The notes: generated by a model from the letters alone, not told the origin. Positions 37,890 to 48,134 are shown, counted from the first letter of the stretch. The stretch: DNA of 64,000 bases from Thermodesulfovibrionia bacterium (GCA_020053105.1 JAGVNU010000082.1:1693-65692), one strand, 5' to 3'. Made by a program: numbers and translations.

Positions 37890-39110
37890 GTGGCTTTAAT
37901 AGTTCAAAAGTTCGGAGGCACCTCTGTAGCGAATGCAGAAAGGATCAAGGCGGTTGCCGAAAGGGTCGTGGCAACTGCGAGACAGGGCAATAAGGTAATT
38001 GTTGTCGTGTCCGCAATGTCAGGCGAAACAGACAAGCTTACAGGCTATGCCCATGAAATCACTAATAGACCGGATGAAAGGGAAATGGACCTTCTGCTTT
38101 CCTCTGGTGAAAGAATCACGAGCGCGCTTACTGCCATGGCAATTCAGAATCTCGGGCATGGCTCAATGAGTTTTACCGGGAGGCAGGTAGGCATCAGGAC
38201 CGACAGCTCACACACCAAGGCAATGATTGAAAGCATAGAAGCGGGCCGGCTTACTGCTGCCCTGGATGAGGGCAAGATACCGGTTGTAGCCGGCTTCCAG
38301 GGGATCGACGAGTTCTCTGACGTTACTACACTCGGCAGGGGCGGATCGGACACAACAGCGGTCGCGATTGCAGCAGCGCTGGAGGCAGACCTCTGTGAGA
38401 TTTACACTGACGTGGAAGGAGTATACACGGCAGACCCCAGGATAGTACCCGATGCAAGGAAAATGGAGCGGGTATATTATGATGAAATGCTGGAGATGGC
38501 CAGCCTTGGCGCAAAGGTCCTTCACGGGCGCTCCGTAGAATTCGCAAAAAAATATAATGTTCCCCTTGTGGTCAGATCGAGTTTTAATCAGGCACCCGGA
38601 ACACTTGTTACTAAGGAGGATGGCGGTATGGAAAAAGTAGTCATCACAGGAATTACTCATGATAAAAACCAGACTAGAATAACCCTGAAGGGAGCGCCTG
38701 ACAGGCCGGGTATAGCGGCCAGGATATTTAATGCCATTGCAAAGGCGAATATAAATGTTGATATGATCGTTCAGAATATAAGCAGCTCGGACAATGCTAC
38801 CGACCTCTCTTTTACAGTCTCGAAAGCTGAAGCGGACAGGGCCTTTGAGCTTGCTCAGAAGATAGCCGAAGAACTCGGAACTATAGGCGCGAGTATAAAT
38901 AAAGAAGTGGCAAAGGTTTCGATTGTCGGCGTAGGCATGCAGTCTCATTTCGGCGTTGCAGCGCAGATGTTTGAGACGCTTTCCAAAGCGGGCATTAATA
39001 TCAAGATGATAAGCACATCCGAGATCAAGATATCCTGTATCATTGATGTGAAGCAAATGGAAGCAGCAGTGAAGGCGCTCCATGATTCGTTTAATCTTGC
39101 GAAGGGATAG
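37890..39110 (+). CDS. lysC: aspartate kinase (monofunctional, two ACT domains)
   Basis: GTG start. [15 protein letters not shown] and VVVVSAM kinase motifs. C-terminal tandem ACT domains. Confidence 0.95.
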   Translation: MALIVQKFGGTSVANAERIKAVAERVVATARQGNKVIVVVSAMSGETDKLTGYAHEITNRPDEREMDLLLSSGERITSALTAMAIQNLGHGSMSFTGRQVGIRTDSSHTKAMIESIEAGRLTAALDEGKIPVVAGFQGIDEFSDVTTLGRGGSDTTAVAIAAALEADLCEIYTDVEGVYTADPRIVPDARKMERVYYDEMLEMASLGAKVLHGRSVEFAKKYNVPLVVRSSFNQAPGTLVTKEDGGMEKVVITGITHDKNQTRITLKGAPDRPGIAARIFNAIAKANINVDMIVQNISSSDNATDLSFTVSKAEADRAFELAQKIAEELGTIGASINKEVAKVSIVGVGMQSHFGVAAQMFETLSKAGINIKMISTSEIKISCIIDVKQMEAAVKALHDSFNLAKG

Positions 39111-39294
39111 CGGCAACGATTAATGTGTTGGATTAATTGATGATGAAAGCTGAACAATGAAATTACAATGTCCAAATTCCAAATATCAAATAAATCCCAA
39201 TGACCAATATCGAAAAGTTTGTAATTTGATTATTGGTTATTATTTGTAATTTGTTGCTTGTTATTTGGAAGTTATAGGAAGAAAGTTCAACTAT

Positions 39295-40857
39295 ATGCGT
39301 AAGATCGAAATCTATGATACCACCCTGCGGGACGGGGCCCAGTCTGAGGATGTCTCGTTTTCCGTTGAGGACAAGTTAAGGATACTGGCTAAACTCGATG
39401 AGTTCGGCATCCATTATATCGAGGGCGGGTGGCCGGGCGCAAACCCGAGGGACGCCGAGTTTTTCAAACAGGCGCTAAAATTCAAGATGAAGAATGCCAG
39501 GCTGGCCGCATTCGGGGCCACTCACAGGGCATCGCTTACGGTGAGTAAAGATCCGAGCATCAAGGCTATCCTTGCAGCAAAGACCCCTGTAGTTACTATC
39601 TTTGGCAAGACCTGGGATTTCCATGTGAGAGAGGCCTTGAGGGTATCGCTCCAGAGGAACCTGGACCTTATATATGACACCGTATCGTATCTGAAAAAGA
39701 AGGCGCCCCAGGTCTTTTTTGATGCCGAACACTTCTTTGACGGATACAGGGCCAATCCTGAATATGCATTAAAGGCGCTTGAAGCCGCTGCTTCAGCGGG
39801 TGCGGACTGTCTTGTATTGTGTGACACGAACGGAGGGGTATTACCCGGAGACGTTGGGAAAATTGTCAGGGAAGTGGTCGAAAGGTTTCAGACTCCTGTA
39901 GGTATGCATGCCCATAATGATTCCGAATGCGCCGTTGCCAACTCGATTACAGCTGTTGAAAATGGCGCATCGCAGGTCCAGGGCACAATAAACGGATTAG
40001 GTGAAAGATGCGGGAATGCCAATCTGATTTCAGTTGTCCCTGCCCTGCAGTTAAAACTTAAGCATAGCTGTATAACTGATGATAATTTAAAAAAATTGAA
40101 GGACGTTTCCCGATATATCACCGAGATATCCAATCTCAGACACTTTAAGAGACAGCCCTTTGTCGGAGACAGCGCCTTTGCCCATAAGGCAGGCATTCAT
40201 GTCAGCGCAGTCCTCCGGCATCCTGAAACATATGAGCATATCAGACCTGATCTGGTCGGCAATTATCAGAGGGTCCTGGTTTCTGATCTGAGCGGCAAGG
40301 GCAATATAGTCAGGAAGATAAGCGACTTCAAGTTAGACATTGATCCGGATTCTCCAAAGGTATTAGAGATTGTGAAGGACCTCAAGCAGCTTGAAAATCA
40401 GGGGTTCCAGTTTGAAGGAGCTGAGGCATCACTTGAACTATTGATAAAAAAGAGCTTTGGACTTTACAGAAAGTTGTTTGATCTCATAGGGTTCAGGGTC
40501 ATAGTCGAGAAAAGGAAAGAGGGTGAAGAGCCGCTCAGCGAGGCAACTATAATGATAAGGACCCCTCAGGGTATCGAACACACGGCTGCTGACGGTAACG
40601 GTCCGGTCAATGCTTTGGACAAGGCCTTAAGAAAGGCGCTTGAAAAGTTTTACCCGCAGCTTAAGGACGTTTCCCTGCTTGATTATAAGGTGCGGGTGCT
40701 GACAGCAGGAAAGGGCACGGACACTAATGTGAGGGTCCTGGTTGAATCGGGCGACGGCAAACACAAGTGGGGGACGGTGGGGGTCTCCGCTAATATAATA
40801 GAAGCATCCTGGCAGGCGCTTGTGGACAGTATTGAGTATAAATTGCTGAGAGGATAA
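39295..40857 (+). CDS. cimA: (R)-citramalate synthase (LeuA-related)
   Basis: [18 protein letters not shown] and the [13 protein letters not shown] hallmark distinguish CimA from LeuA. C-terminal LeuA-dimer-like regulatory domain is present. The listed ORF 39265.. starts at an upstream TTG without an SD. Confidence 0.8.
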   Translation: MRKIEIYDTTLRDGAQSEDVSFSVEDKLRILAKLDEFGIHYIEGGWPGANPRDAEFFKQALKFKMKNARLAAFGATHRASLTVSKDPSIKAILAAKTPVVTIFGKTWDFHVREALRVSLQRNLDLIYDTVSYLKKKAPQVFFDAEHFFDGYRANPEYALKALEAAASAGADCLVLCDTNGGVLPGDVGKIVREVVERFQTPVGMHAHNDSECAVANSITAVENGASQVQGTINGLGERCGNANLISVVPALQLKLKHSCITDDNLKKLKDVSRYITEISNLRHFKRQPFVGDSAFAHKAGIHVSAVLRHPETYEHIRPDLVGNYQRVLVSDLSGKGNIVRKISDFKLDIDPDSPKVLEIVKDLKQLENQGFQFEGAEASLELLIKKSFGLYRKLFDLIGFRVIVEKRKEGEEPLSEATIMIRTPQGIEHTAADGNGPVNALDKALRKALEKFYPQLKDVSLLDYKVRVLTAGKGTDTNVRVLVESGDGKHKWGTVGVSANIIEASWQALVDSIEYKLLRG

Positions 40858-40964
40858 ATGCAGGGGCAGGCCCCTGTGCCTGCCCGGTTCAGGGCGATGC
40901 CATATGGCAGGGGAACCGTAGGGGGAGTCAGGGCAACCACAGGGGGTTGCTTCTACAATAAATT

Positions 40965-41396
40965 ATGGTTGAAGAAACCGGTATAGTCACTAAAGTTGAC
41001 GGCAACATGGCCAGGGTCCTTGTGCAGAAAAAAAGCGCCTGTGATGGCTGTTCTGTTGAGGGTGCGTGTAAGGCGACGCCGGAAGGCATGGAAATAGAGG
41101 CACTGAATGCTGTCCATGCGAAAGTGGGGCAGAGAGTAAAAATACTGATGACTGCCGGAGAGTATCTTAAGGGGACCATGATAGTCTACGGGATCCCCCT
41201 TATTGTTTTTATAGCGGGTGCAATATTCGGGAAAAACATCGGGGAGAAGCATTTCACAGACATGAACTCGGACCTTGTTGCTGCTATTGCGGGTTTCACC
41301 CTGTTAATACTGTCTCTTGCGGGGATAAGAATATGGAGCAAAAAGATGGAATCGAAAGCTGAACACAATCCGGTTATCGAAGAGATAATTGACTGA
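40965..41396 (+). CDS. RseC/MucC-family (SoxR-reducing system) membrane protein
   Basis: 143 aa. N-terminal Cys-containing beta-barrel region (CDGCSVEGAC) followed by two TM helices. Confidence 0.65.
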   Translation: MVEETGIVTKVDGNMARVLVQKKSACDGCSVEGACKATPEGMEIEALNAVHAKVGQRVKILMTAGEYLKGTMIVYGIPLIVFIAGAIFGKNIGEKHFTDMNSDLVAAIAGFTLLILSLAGIRIWSKKMESKAEHNPVIEEIID

Positions 41397-41463
41397 TACG
41401 TAACTTGATACTTATATCTTGAAACATATAGCTTGAAACTATTTTTTGAGGGAGGGTCACTTT

Positions 41464-43551
41464 ATGGGTATGGATGTGGACAAGATCAGGAATATCGCTG
41501 TTATTGCTCATGGGGGCGCCGGAAAGACTTCACTTGTTGAGGCCATGCTTTTTGATTCAAAGGCCACGGACAGACTCGGGACCACACTGGATGGAAATAC
41601 TGTAACGGATTACGAGCCCGAGGAAATAGAACGCAAGATCTCTATATCTTCCGCGGTCGCTTTCTGTGAATGGAAAGGACATAGATTAAATATTATCGAC
41701 ACTCCCGGGTACATTAATTTTATCGAGGACACAAAAGCCTGTCTCAGCGCCGTTGACGGCGCAATCGTTCTTGTCAGCGCACTATCAGGGGTAAAGGCCG
41801 AAACGAGAAAAATCTGGAAGTATGCATCACAATATCAGCTGCCGAGACTTGTATTCGTTAATAAAATGGACCGGGAAAATTCCAATTTCCAGGGTGCCAT
41901 TGAAAGTATTGAAAAGGCGTTCGGTCTGTCTGCGATTCCGCTGAATATACCGTTGGGTACGGATGGTGGTTTTGAAGGGGTCATTGATATTGTAAAAATG
42001 AAGGCCTTCAAATATGACGGGAACAAAATGACTGAAATCGAAATCCCCGAAGCCTTCAAGGCCGAAGCGGAAGAGTCCAGGAAAAAGCTGGTTGAGAAAG
42101 TAGCTGAGTCTGATGATGCATTACTTGAAAAATATCTCGAGGGCACAGACCCGAATGAAGAAGAAATAAGTAAAGGGATCAAACTTGGTTCCATCAGGCA
42201 GTTGTTTGTCCCCGTAGTTTGCGGTTCTGCCGCAAGAAATATCGGCGTTCAGCAGCTGCTTGATATGACGCTGTTTTGCCTTCCTTCTCCAGCGGAAAAG
42301 GCCGAAATTGCCCCTACAGCCGGCAAGAACCCTAAGACCGGAGAGGAGGTCATCAAAAAGCCGGTTGCACATGACCCGCTTGCGGTCAGGGTATTTAAGA
42401 CCATTGCAGATCCTTTTGCGGGAAAACTTACGATCTTCCGGGTATATTCAGGAGTGCTGAAATCCGATTCGACTATTTATAATTCTACCCGGGACAGTAA
42501 AGAAAAAATGGGGAGCATGTTTTACCTGAGCGGTAAAAATCACGTGCCGGTCAAAGAGGTGGGTCCGGGCGAAATCGCCGCGGTTGCAAAACTGAAAGAG
42601 CCTCAGACTGGTGATACATTTACTGATGCAGTCGCCCCGGTCCTTCTGCCCCCTCTTGAATTTGCCGACCCGATGATATCTTATGCAATCGAACCGAAAT
42701 CAAGGGGTGATGAAGATAAAGTAGCTATAGGACTCCACAGGCTGCTTGAAGAAGACCCTACTCTGAAATTTCACAAGGACCCGGAAACAAAAGAGATGAT
42801 CATTTCAGGAATGGGACAGATGCATCTTGATGTTACTCTCCAGAAATTAAAGAGGAAGTTCGGAGTGGAAGTCGAGATGAAGACCCCCAAGATACCTTAC
42901 CGGGAGACGATCAAGGTTGCCGCGAGCGCGCAAGGGCGGTATAAAAAGCAGTCTGGCGGGAGAGGACAGTTCGGTGACTGCTGGCTTAAGATAGAGCCGC
43001 TGCCGTCAGGGAGTGGTTTTGAGTTTGTCGACAAGATAGTCGGGGGCGCGATCCCCAGGCAATATATCCCGGCGGTGGAAAAAGGGATTGTGGAGAAGAT
43101 GAAGGAAGGATTAATTGCCGGTTACCCGGTGATTGACATGAGGGCCACGGTTTATGACGGCTCATATCACACGGTTGATTCTTCGGAAATGGCATTTAAG
43201 ATCGCCGGTTCCATGGGCCTGCAAAAGGCGGCCCTTAGCGCGAAGGTCACTATCCTGGAACCTATAGTCAAGGTGGAAGTCAATACACCTGAGGAATTTC
43301 TCGGTAATGTCATAGGAGACCTTAACTCCAAGCGCGGCAAGGTCCAGGGTGTTGAGTCCGAGTCCGGCGGCAACCAGAAGATCACTGCCTTAGTGCCTAT
43401 GTCGGAGATGCTTACTTACGCAAACCAGCTTAATGCATTGACCAGCGGACAGGGCCTCTATACGATGGAGCCTTCTCATTATGAAGAAGTGCCTGCTCAT
43501 ATTGCGCAGAAAATAATTGCTGAAAAAGAAGCGGCGAAGAAAGAAGCATAG
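41464..43551 (+). CDS. fusA: elongation factor G paralog (EF-G2-like)
   Basis: Start at MGMDVDKIRNIAVIAHGGAGKTS (G1 motif) after SD GAGGGAGGG. DTPGYINF, NKMD. Complete domains II-V. Confidence 0.9.
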   Translation: MGMDVDKIRNIAVIAHGGAGKTSLVEAMLFDSKATDRLGTTLDGNTVTDYEPEEIERKISISSAVAFCEWKGHRLNIIDTPGYINFIEDTKACLSAVDGAIVLVSALSGVKAETRKIWKYASQYQLPRLVFVNKMDRENSNFQGAIESIEKAFGLSAIPLNIPLGTDGGFEGVIDIVKMKAFKYDGNKMTEIEIPEAFKAEAEESRKKLVEKVAESDDALLEKYLEGTDPNEEEISKGIKLGSIRQLFVPVVCGSAARNIGVQQLLDMTLFCLPSPAEKAEIAPTAGKNPKTGEEVIKKPVAHDPLAVRVFKTIADPFAGKLTIFRVYSGVLKSDSTIYNSTRDSKEKMGSMFYLSGKNHVPVKEVGPGEIAAVAKLKEPQTGDTFTDAVAPVLLPPLEFADPMISYAIEPKSRGDEDKVAIGLHRLLEEDPTLKFHKDPETKEMIISGMGQMHLDVTLQKLKRKFGVEVEMKTPKIPYRETIKVAASAQGRYKKQSGGRGQFGDCWLKIEPLPSGSGFEFVDKIVGGAIPRQYIPAVEKGIVEKMKEGLIAGYPVIDMRATVYDGSYHTVDSSEMAFKIAGSMGLQKAALSAKVTILEPIVKVEVNTPEEFLGNVIGDLNSKRGKVQGVESESGGNQKITALVPMSEMLTYANQLNALTSGQGLYTMEPSHYEEVPAHIAQKIIAEKEAAKKEA

Positions 43552-43680
43552 TCCCTGTCGGCAAGTGGGCCTTCAATAAAGATTGATGACAGAAAAAAAC
43601 ATTGCAACATGATTGAAGAAAAGGTAAAATCCCTTGAGCACAGACTACATAAATCACTTAATAAGTGAGGAAGTGCGAAG

Positions 43681-46600
43681 ATGAAGCAATACATCGGACT
43701 TGATGCAGGTTCTATCAGTGTAAAGTATGCCTTGTTAGACCATGACGGCAATGTCCTTGATACGAAATATGTTCGTCATAAAGGCAATCCGCTTTCGGTG
43801 GCCCATGATCTTTTGAAACAGTTGCCTCGAGACGTCTATTTGAGCGTCACCGGTTCAGCGGGAAAACTCATTGCCAGTGCGTTTGGGATTAAACCGGTCA
43901 ATGAAGTGGTCGCCCTCAGTTGCTCCACAAAGAGGCTTTGCCCGCAGGTGAAGACAGTCATCGAAATGGGGGGGGAGGATTCCAAGCTTATACTGATTGA
44001 TAACGGGATGGTAAAGGAGTTCTCCATGAACTCGGTATGCGCTGCAGGCACAGGTTCGTTTCTTGACCAGCAGGCGGAGCGTTTGAGGCTCAGCATAGAG
44101 GAGTTTGGTGAGATGGCCCTTAAATCGGAAAGACCTCCTCGGATAGCCGGCCGGTGCAGTGTATTTGCCAAGTCTGATATGATCCATCTTCAGCAGATAG
44201 CTACTCCCGTGGAAGATATTGTTGCGGGTCTCTGTTTTGCGGTTGCCAGGAATTTCAAGGGAAGTATCTGTAAAAATATGAAACTGCCCGGACCAATAAG
44301 TTTTCAGGGCGGGGTCGCCGCCAACAGCGGCGTAAGAAGGGCCTTCAAAGAGGTGCTCTCCGTAGATGGACTTGTCATCCCTGAACATTTTGCGATAATG
44401 ACTGCTATAGGCGCGGCCTATAAAGATATGGAGCAGGGCGCGGGACATCATTATGAACTTGAGAAACTGGGCGAATTTATTTTGTCCCTGAAGGACGAAG
44501 CAACAGGGCATAAGGCCTTGTGCGGAAACACCGGAGAATTTGAAAAGCGGCACACTGTGTCATATTACATTCATAAACCGGAAACCACCGGGAAGGTGAA
44601 TGCTTATCTGGGAATTGACATCGGCTCTATCAGCACAAACCTTGCAGTTATCGATGAAGAGAAGAGACTGCTTGCCAAGAGATATTTGATGACAGCGGGA
44701 AGGCCGATCGAGGCAGTCAAACAGGGGCTTGAAGAAATAGGCGCGGAGGTCGGAGACAGGGTAAATATCCTCGGCGTCGGGACCACCGGGTCAGGCCGCT
44801 ACATGATTGCTGACTTTGTCGGGGCCGATATTGTGAAAAATGAGATAACTGCCCAGGCCCAGGCCGCCATCGAAATAGCCCCTGAGGTCGACACCATTCT
44901 CGAAATCGGGGGACAGGATTCAAAGTATATCTCCATCAGGGACGGCATTATAGTTGACTTTGAAATGAACAAGGCCTGCGCCGCAGGCACGGGCTCTTTC
45001 CTGGAGGAACAGGCCGAGAAGCTCGATATATCGGTGAAGGAGGAATTCGGCAACCTGGCATTTCATTCACAGCGCCCGAGTACACTTGGAGAACGGTGCA
45101 CGGTGTTCATGGAGAATTCGCTCCTGTCAAAACAGCAGAGGGGCGCGCCGAAAGAGGACCTTGTAGCGGGGCTTGCCTACTCAATAGTCCAGAACTACAT
45201 CAACAGGGTTGTGGGGGACCGGAATATCGGTGAAAAGATTTTTTTCCAGGGAGGAGTGGCCTTTAACAAATCCGTTGTGGCGGCCTTCGAAAATTACCTT
45301 GATAAGAACATCATAGTCCCTCCCCATCACGATGTAACTGGCGCGATAGGCATGGCTCTTATTGCGATGAAGCATATGAAAAGTCAGGAGTCAGGAGTCA
45401 GGAGTCAGGAGCCGGGAATAAATCAATCATTGATTCTTAACTCCAAAGGCTTAACTCCTAACTCTACTTTCAAAGGGTTTGATCTTTCCAGGAGAAGCTA
45501 TGAGATCAAGTCATTTGAGTGCAAGGGGTGTGACAACCATTGTGAGATAAACAGGGTAAAGCTGGAAGGAGAAGAAGAGCCGCTTTACTACGGGAGCAGG
45601 TGTGAGAAGTATGATGTAAAGCGGAAGAAAAATATTTCAGTTCCTGCCATGCCAAACCTGTTTAAAGAAAGAGATGAACTCCTTGCAAAGGCGCACATAG
45701 GTTACCTGGAAAAAGCAGGGGCAAACGGCAAAGGTCAAGAGTCAAGGGCAAAACGCATCGGCATCCCGATGATGTTTTTCTTTCACGATGTGCTCCCGTA
45801 CTGGAGTACGCTGCTGTGGGAACTGGGGTTTGAGGTTGAACTGTCAGGAGACACCAGCAGGCAGATAATTAATAAAGGGGTGGAACATATCCTGTCTGAA
45901 AGCTGCTTCCCTCACAAGGTCGCCCATGGACATATAAAGGAATTAATCGATAAAAACGTTGACGCGGTTTTCCTGCCGAGCTTTATTAATTTCAACCCTG
46001 ACAGCGAGAAGATGCGGAGTTTTGCATGCCCGTATGCCCAGACAATGCCCTATATCGCTAAAATTATTTTTGGGGAGACCCGTTTTCTTGTCCCGCTGAT
46101 CAATATGGAGCAGGGCAGGGATTATCTCGTCGCGCAATTATATGAATCCCTGAGACCGTTTTCCATATCAAAGTCCGCTATCAGAAAGGCGATGATAAAG
46201 GCTGACAGCGCGCAGGAGGATTTTAACGCGGCTGTGAAAAGGCGGGGTAAGGAAATCCTGGAGGGAATCACTGAGAGAACAATTGTAATAGTGGGCCGGC
46301 CCTATAATGCCTTTGATTCCGGGATCAACCTTGAGATACCGAAAAAGCTGGCTGCGCTTGGGGTCTTCTCTATTCCAATGGATTTCCTGCCGCTGGAGTC
46401 TGTGGACATTTCCGATAAGTGGACGAACATGTACTGGAGATCGGGACAGAACATCCTCAGGGCCGCCGAAATCATCAGGGACAATCCTAAACTGTTCGCC
46501 CTTTATATCGGGAATTTCTCCTGCGGGCCGGACTCTTTTATTCACAGATTTTTTAACAAGACCATGTCGAACAAGCCGTTCCTCCAGATCGAAATTGATG

Positions 46601-47937
46601 AACACAGCGCGGACGCCGGGGTCATTACGAGATGTGAGGCCTTTTTAGACAGTATAAGCAGCCGGGATGTCATTAATGTAATTATACCGAAGATGTCCGC
46701 CCCTTCGCTTCTCCGAAAGGGGGCTAGCAATAAGATAGTATTTATACCCCGCATGTCAGACCACGCGTTTGGTCTTGCTGCAGCCTTTAATGCGTGCGGT
46801 CTTGACGCCGAAGTCATGGGCACGCCGGATATTGAGACTGTAAAGATCGGGAGGCGGTTTGTATCGGGGAAGGAGTGTTATCCCTGCGCGATTACAACCG
46901 GAGATATGGTCAAGAAGGTAATGTCGGAGGGCTTTGATCCCGAGAGGTCAGTATTTTTCATGCCGTCAGGCGCGGGGCCGTGCCGTTTCGGGCAATATAA
47001 TGTCCTTCACCGACTGGTCCTTGATGAGATCGGGCTTCCCCATGTTCCGATATACGCCCCCAATCAGGATGAATCTTTCTATAGTGAACTCGGCATGGTC
47101 GGTAGGGATTTTTCAAGGCAGGCGTGGAGGGGGATCATAGCGATAGAGCTTCTGCTAAAGTGCCTGCATGAGACGAGGCCTTATGAAATCAATCAGGGTG
47201 AGACCGACAGGCTGTATAATGAATATCTTTCAAAAGTAGGGAAGACACTTCAAAACGGCAACGGCACTATGCCGCAATTCCTGGGCGAGGCGCGCCGGTC
47301 TTTTTCAGAAATATCCAGGACATCGGAAGAGAAACCCCTTATAGGCCTTATAGGAGAAATATTTGTCAGGCACAATACCTTTGCCAATGAAAACATCATA
47401 AGGAAGATTGAGGCCCTCGGCGGCCGCGTATGGCTTGCGCCTGTGGAGGAGTGGGTTTATTATGTAAATCAGATGGGCCTGCGCAAGTCTCTGGTCAGGA
47501 TCAAAAACAAGGGGCTATCGGGGAAATCGGTCAAGGACATATTAAGCACGATGATCACAAAACATGTCCAGCATAAAATCGAACACGAATTTTCAAAACC
47601 GTTTGAAGGTTTTTTAAAGACCCTCAGGGAGCCCACCACAAAGGAGATCCTCCAAAATGCCTCACCCTATCTTCATGATTCCTTTGAGGGCGAGGCCATA
47701 TTAAGCATGGGAAAATCAGTGGACTTTGTAAAAAACGGCGCTTCTGGTATAATTAGTGCCATGCCTTTCGGCTGTATGCCGGGGACAATCGTGAGCGCCC
47801 TGTTAAAAGGACTCAAGCAGGACAGCGGCATCCCGTGTCTAAGCGTTGCATACGACGGGTCTGAGGCCACATGTTCAGATATTCAGCTTGAGGCCTTTAT
47901 GCACCAGGCAGATGAATATAGCAGCAGAAAGCTCTAA
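43681..47937 (+). CDS. acyl-CoA dehydratase activase-related fusion protein (2x BadF/BadG/BcrA/BcrD ATPase + HgdB-like/DUF2229 domain)
   Basis: 1,418 aa. Two actin-fold ATPase repeats: MKQYIGLDAGSISVKYALLD and AYLGIDIGSISTNLAVID, each with CAAGTGSFL. C-terminal 800 aa resembles the 2-hydroxyacyl-CoA dehydratase D-component/CoA-enzyme-activase family (as in E. coli YjiM/YjiL-type fusions). Confidence 0.8.
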   Translation: MKQYIGLDAGSISVKYALLDHDGNVLDTKYVRHKGNPLSVAHDLLKQLPRDVYLSVTGSAGKLIASAFGIKPVNEVVALSCSTKRLCPQVKTVIEMGGEDSKLILIDNGMVKEFSMNSVCAAGTGSFLDQQAERLRLSIEEFGEMALKSERPPRIAGRCSVFAKSDMIHLQQIATPVEDIVAGLCFAVARNFKGSICKNMKLPGPISFQGGVAANSGVRRAFKEVLSVDGLVIPEHFAIMTAIGAAYKDMEQGAGHHYELEKLGEFILSLKDEATGHKALCGNTGEFEKRHTVSYYIHKPETTGKVNAYLGIDIGSISTNLAVIDEEKRLLAKRYLMTAGRPIEAVKQGLEEIGAEVGDRVNILGVGTTGSGRYMIADFVGADIVKNEITAQAQAAIEIAPEVDTILEIGGQDSKYISIRDGIIVDFEMNKACAAGTGSFLEEQAEKLDISVKEEFGNLAFHSQRPSTLGERCTVFMENSLLSKQQRGAPKEDLVAGLAYSIVQNYINRVVGDRNIGEKIFFQGGVAFNKSVVAAFENYLDKNIIVPPHHDVTGAIGMALIAMKHMKSQESGVRSQEPGINQSLILNSKGLTPNSTFKGFDLSRRSYEIKSFECKGCDNHCEINRVKLEGEEEPLYYGSRCEKYDVKRKKNISVPAMPNLFKERDELLAKAHIGYLEKAGANGKGQESRAKRIGIPMMFFFHDVLPYWSTLLWELGFEVELSGDTSRQIINKGVEHILSESCFPHKVAHGHIKELIDKNVDAVFLPSFINFNPDSEKMRSFACPYAQTMPYIAKIIFGETRFLVPLINMEQGRDYLVAQLYESLRPFSISKSAIRKAMIKADSAQEDFNAAVKRRGKEILEGITERTIVIVGRPYNAFDSGINLEIPKKLAALGVFSIPMDFLPLESVDISDKWTNMYWRSGQNILRAAEIIRDNPKLFALYIGNFSCGPDSFIHRFFNKTMSNKPFLQIEIDEHSADAGVITRCEAFLDSISSRDVINVIIPKMSAPSLLRKGASNKIVFIPRMSDHAFGLAAAFNACGLDAEVMGTPDIETVKIGRRFVSGKECYPCAITTGDMVKKVMSEGFDPERSVFFMPSGAGPCRFGQYNVLHRLVLDEIGLPHVPIYAPNQDESFYSELGMVGRDFSRQAWRGIIAIELLLKCLHETRPYEINQGETDRLYNEYLSKVGKTLQNGNGTMPQFLGEARRSFSEISRTSEEKPLIGLIGEIFVRHNTFANENIIRKIEALGGRVWLAPVEEWVYYVNQMGLRKSLVRIKNKGLSGKSVKDILSTMITKHVQHKIEHEFSKPFEGFLKTLREPTTKEILQNASPYLHDSFEGEAILSMGKSVDFVKNGASGIISAMPFGCMPGTIVSALLKGLKQDSGIPCLSVAYDGSEATCSDIQLEAFMHQADEYSSRKL
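45382..45409 (+). repeat. heptanucleotide tandem repeat (AGTCAGG)x4 inside the activase gene linker
   Basis: agtcaggagtcaggagtcaggagtcagg encodes SQESGVRSQE. A degenerate fifth unit follows. Confidence 0.9.
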
Positions 47938-48038
47938 GCAGTTGGCGGTCGGGCCGCGAGCTTGTAAAGATAAAAAAGTTCTCTTACTGTGAACGCAGCG
48001 CATAACCGCTAATTGCATATTGAAAAGGAGGTACATGG

Positions 48039-48134
48039 ATGGGTAGTGTTGTAAAGTGGCGCAAGAAGAAGATGAGCAAGCACAAGCACAGAAAACTTCT
48101 TAAAAAAACCAAACACCAGAGAAGAAACAAATAG
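48039..48134 (+). CDS. small basic ribosomal protein bS22-like (31 aa)
   Basis: MGSVVKWRKKKMSKHKHRKLLKKTKHQRRNK with a strong SD (AAGGAGG, 7-nt spacing). Resembles the 30-33-aa bS22 peptide family ([21 protein letters not shown]...). Followed by a 14-bp hairpin at 48169-48199. Confidence 0.55.
   Translation: MGSVVKWRKKKMSKHKHRKLLKKTKHQRRNK

Noticed and set aside
38208-39116. 302-aa ORF on the minus strand
   Set aside because: It is entirely antisense to the well-conserved aspartate kinase gene, has no recognisable motifs and an Arg/Cys-rich composition typical of antisense reading of GC-rich coding DNA.
39111-39294. Possible Ile/Leu-rich leader peptide or attenuator upstream of cimA
   Set aside because: Only a 30-codon ORF (MKLQCPNSKYQINPNDQYRKVCNLIIGYYL) without a convincing run of regulatory codons or terminator/antiterminator pairing. 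Noted as AT-rich with a duplicated 11-mer but not called.
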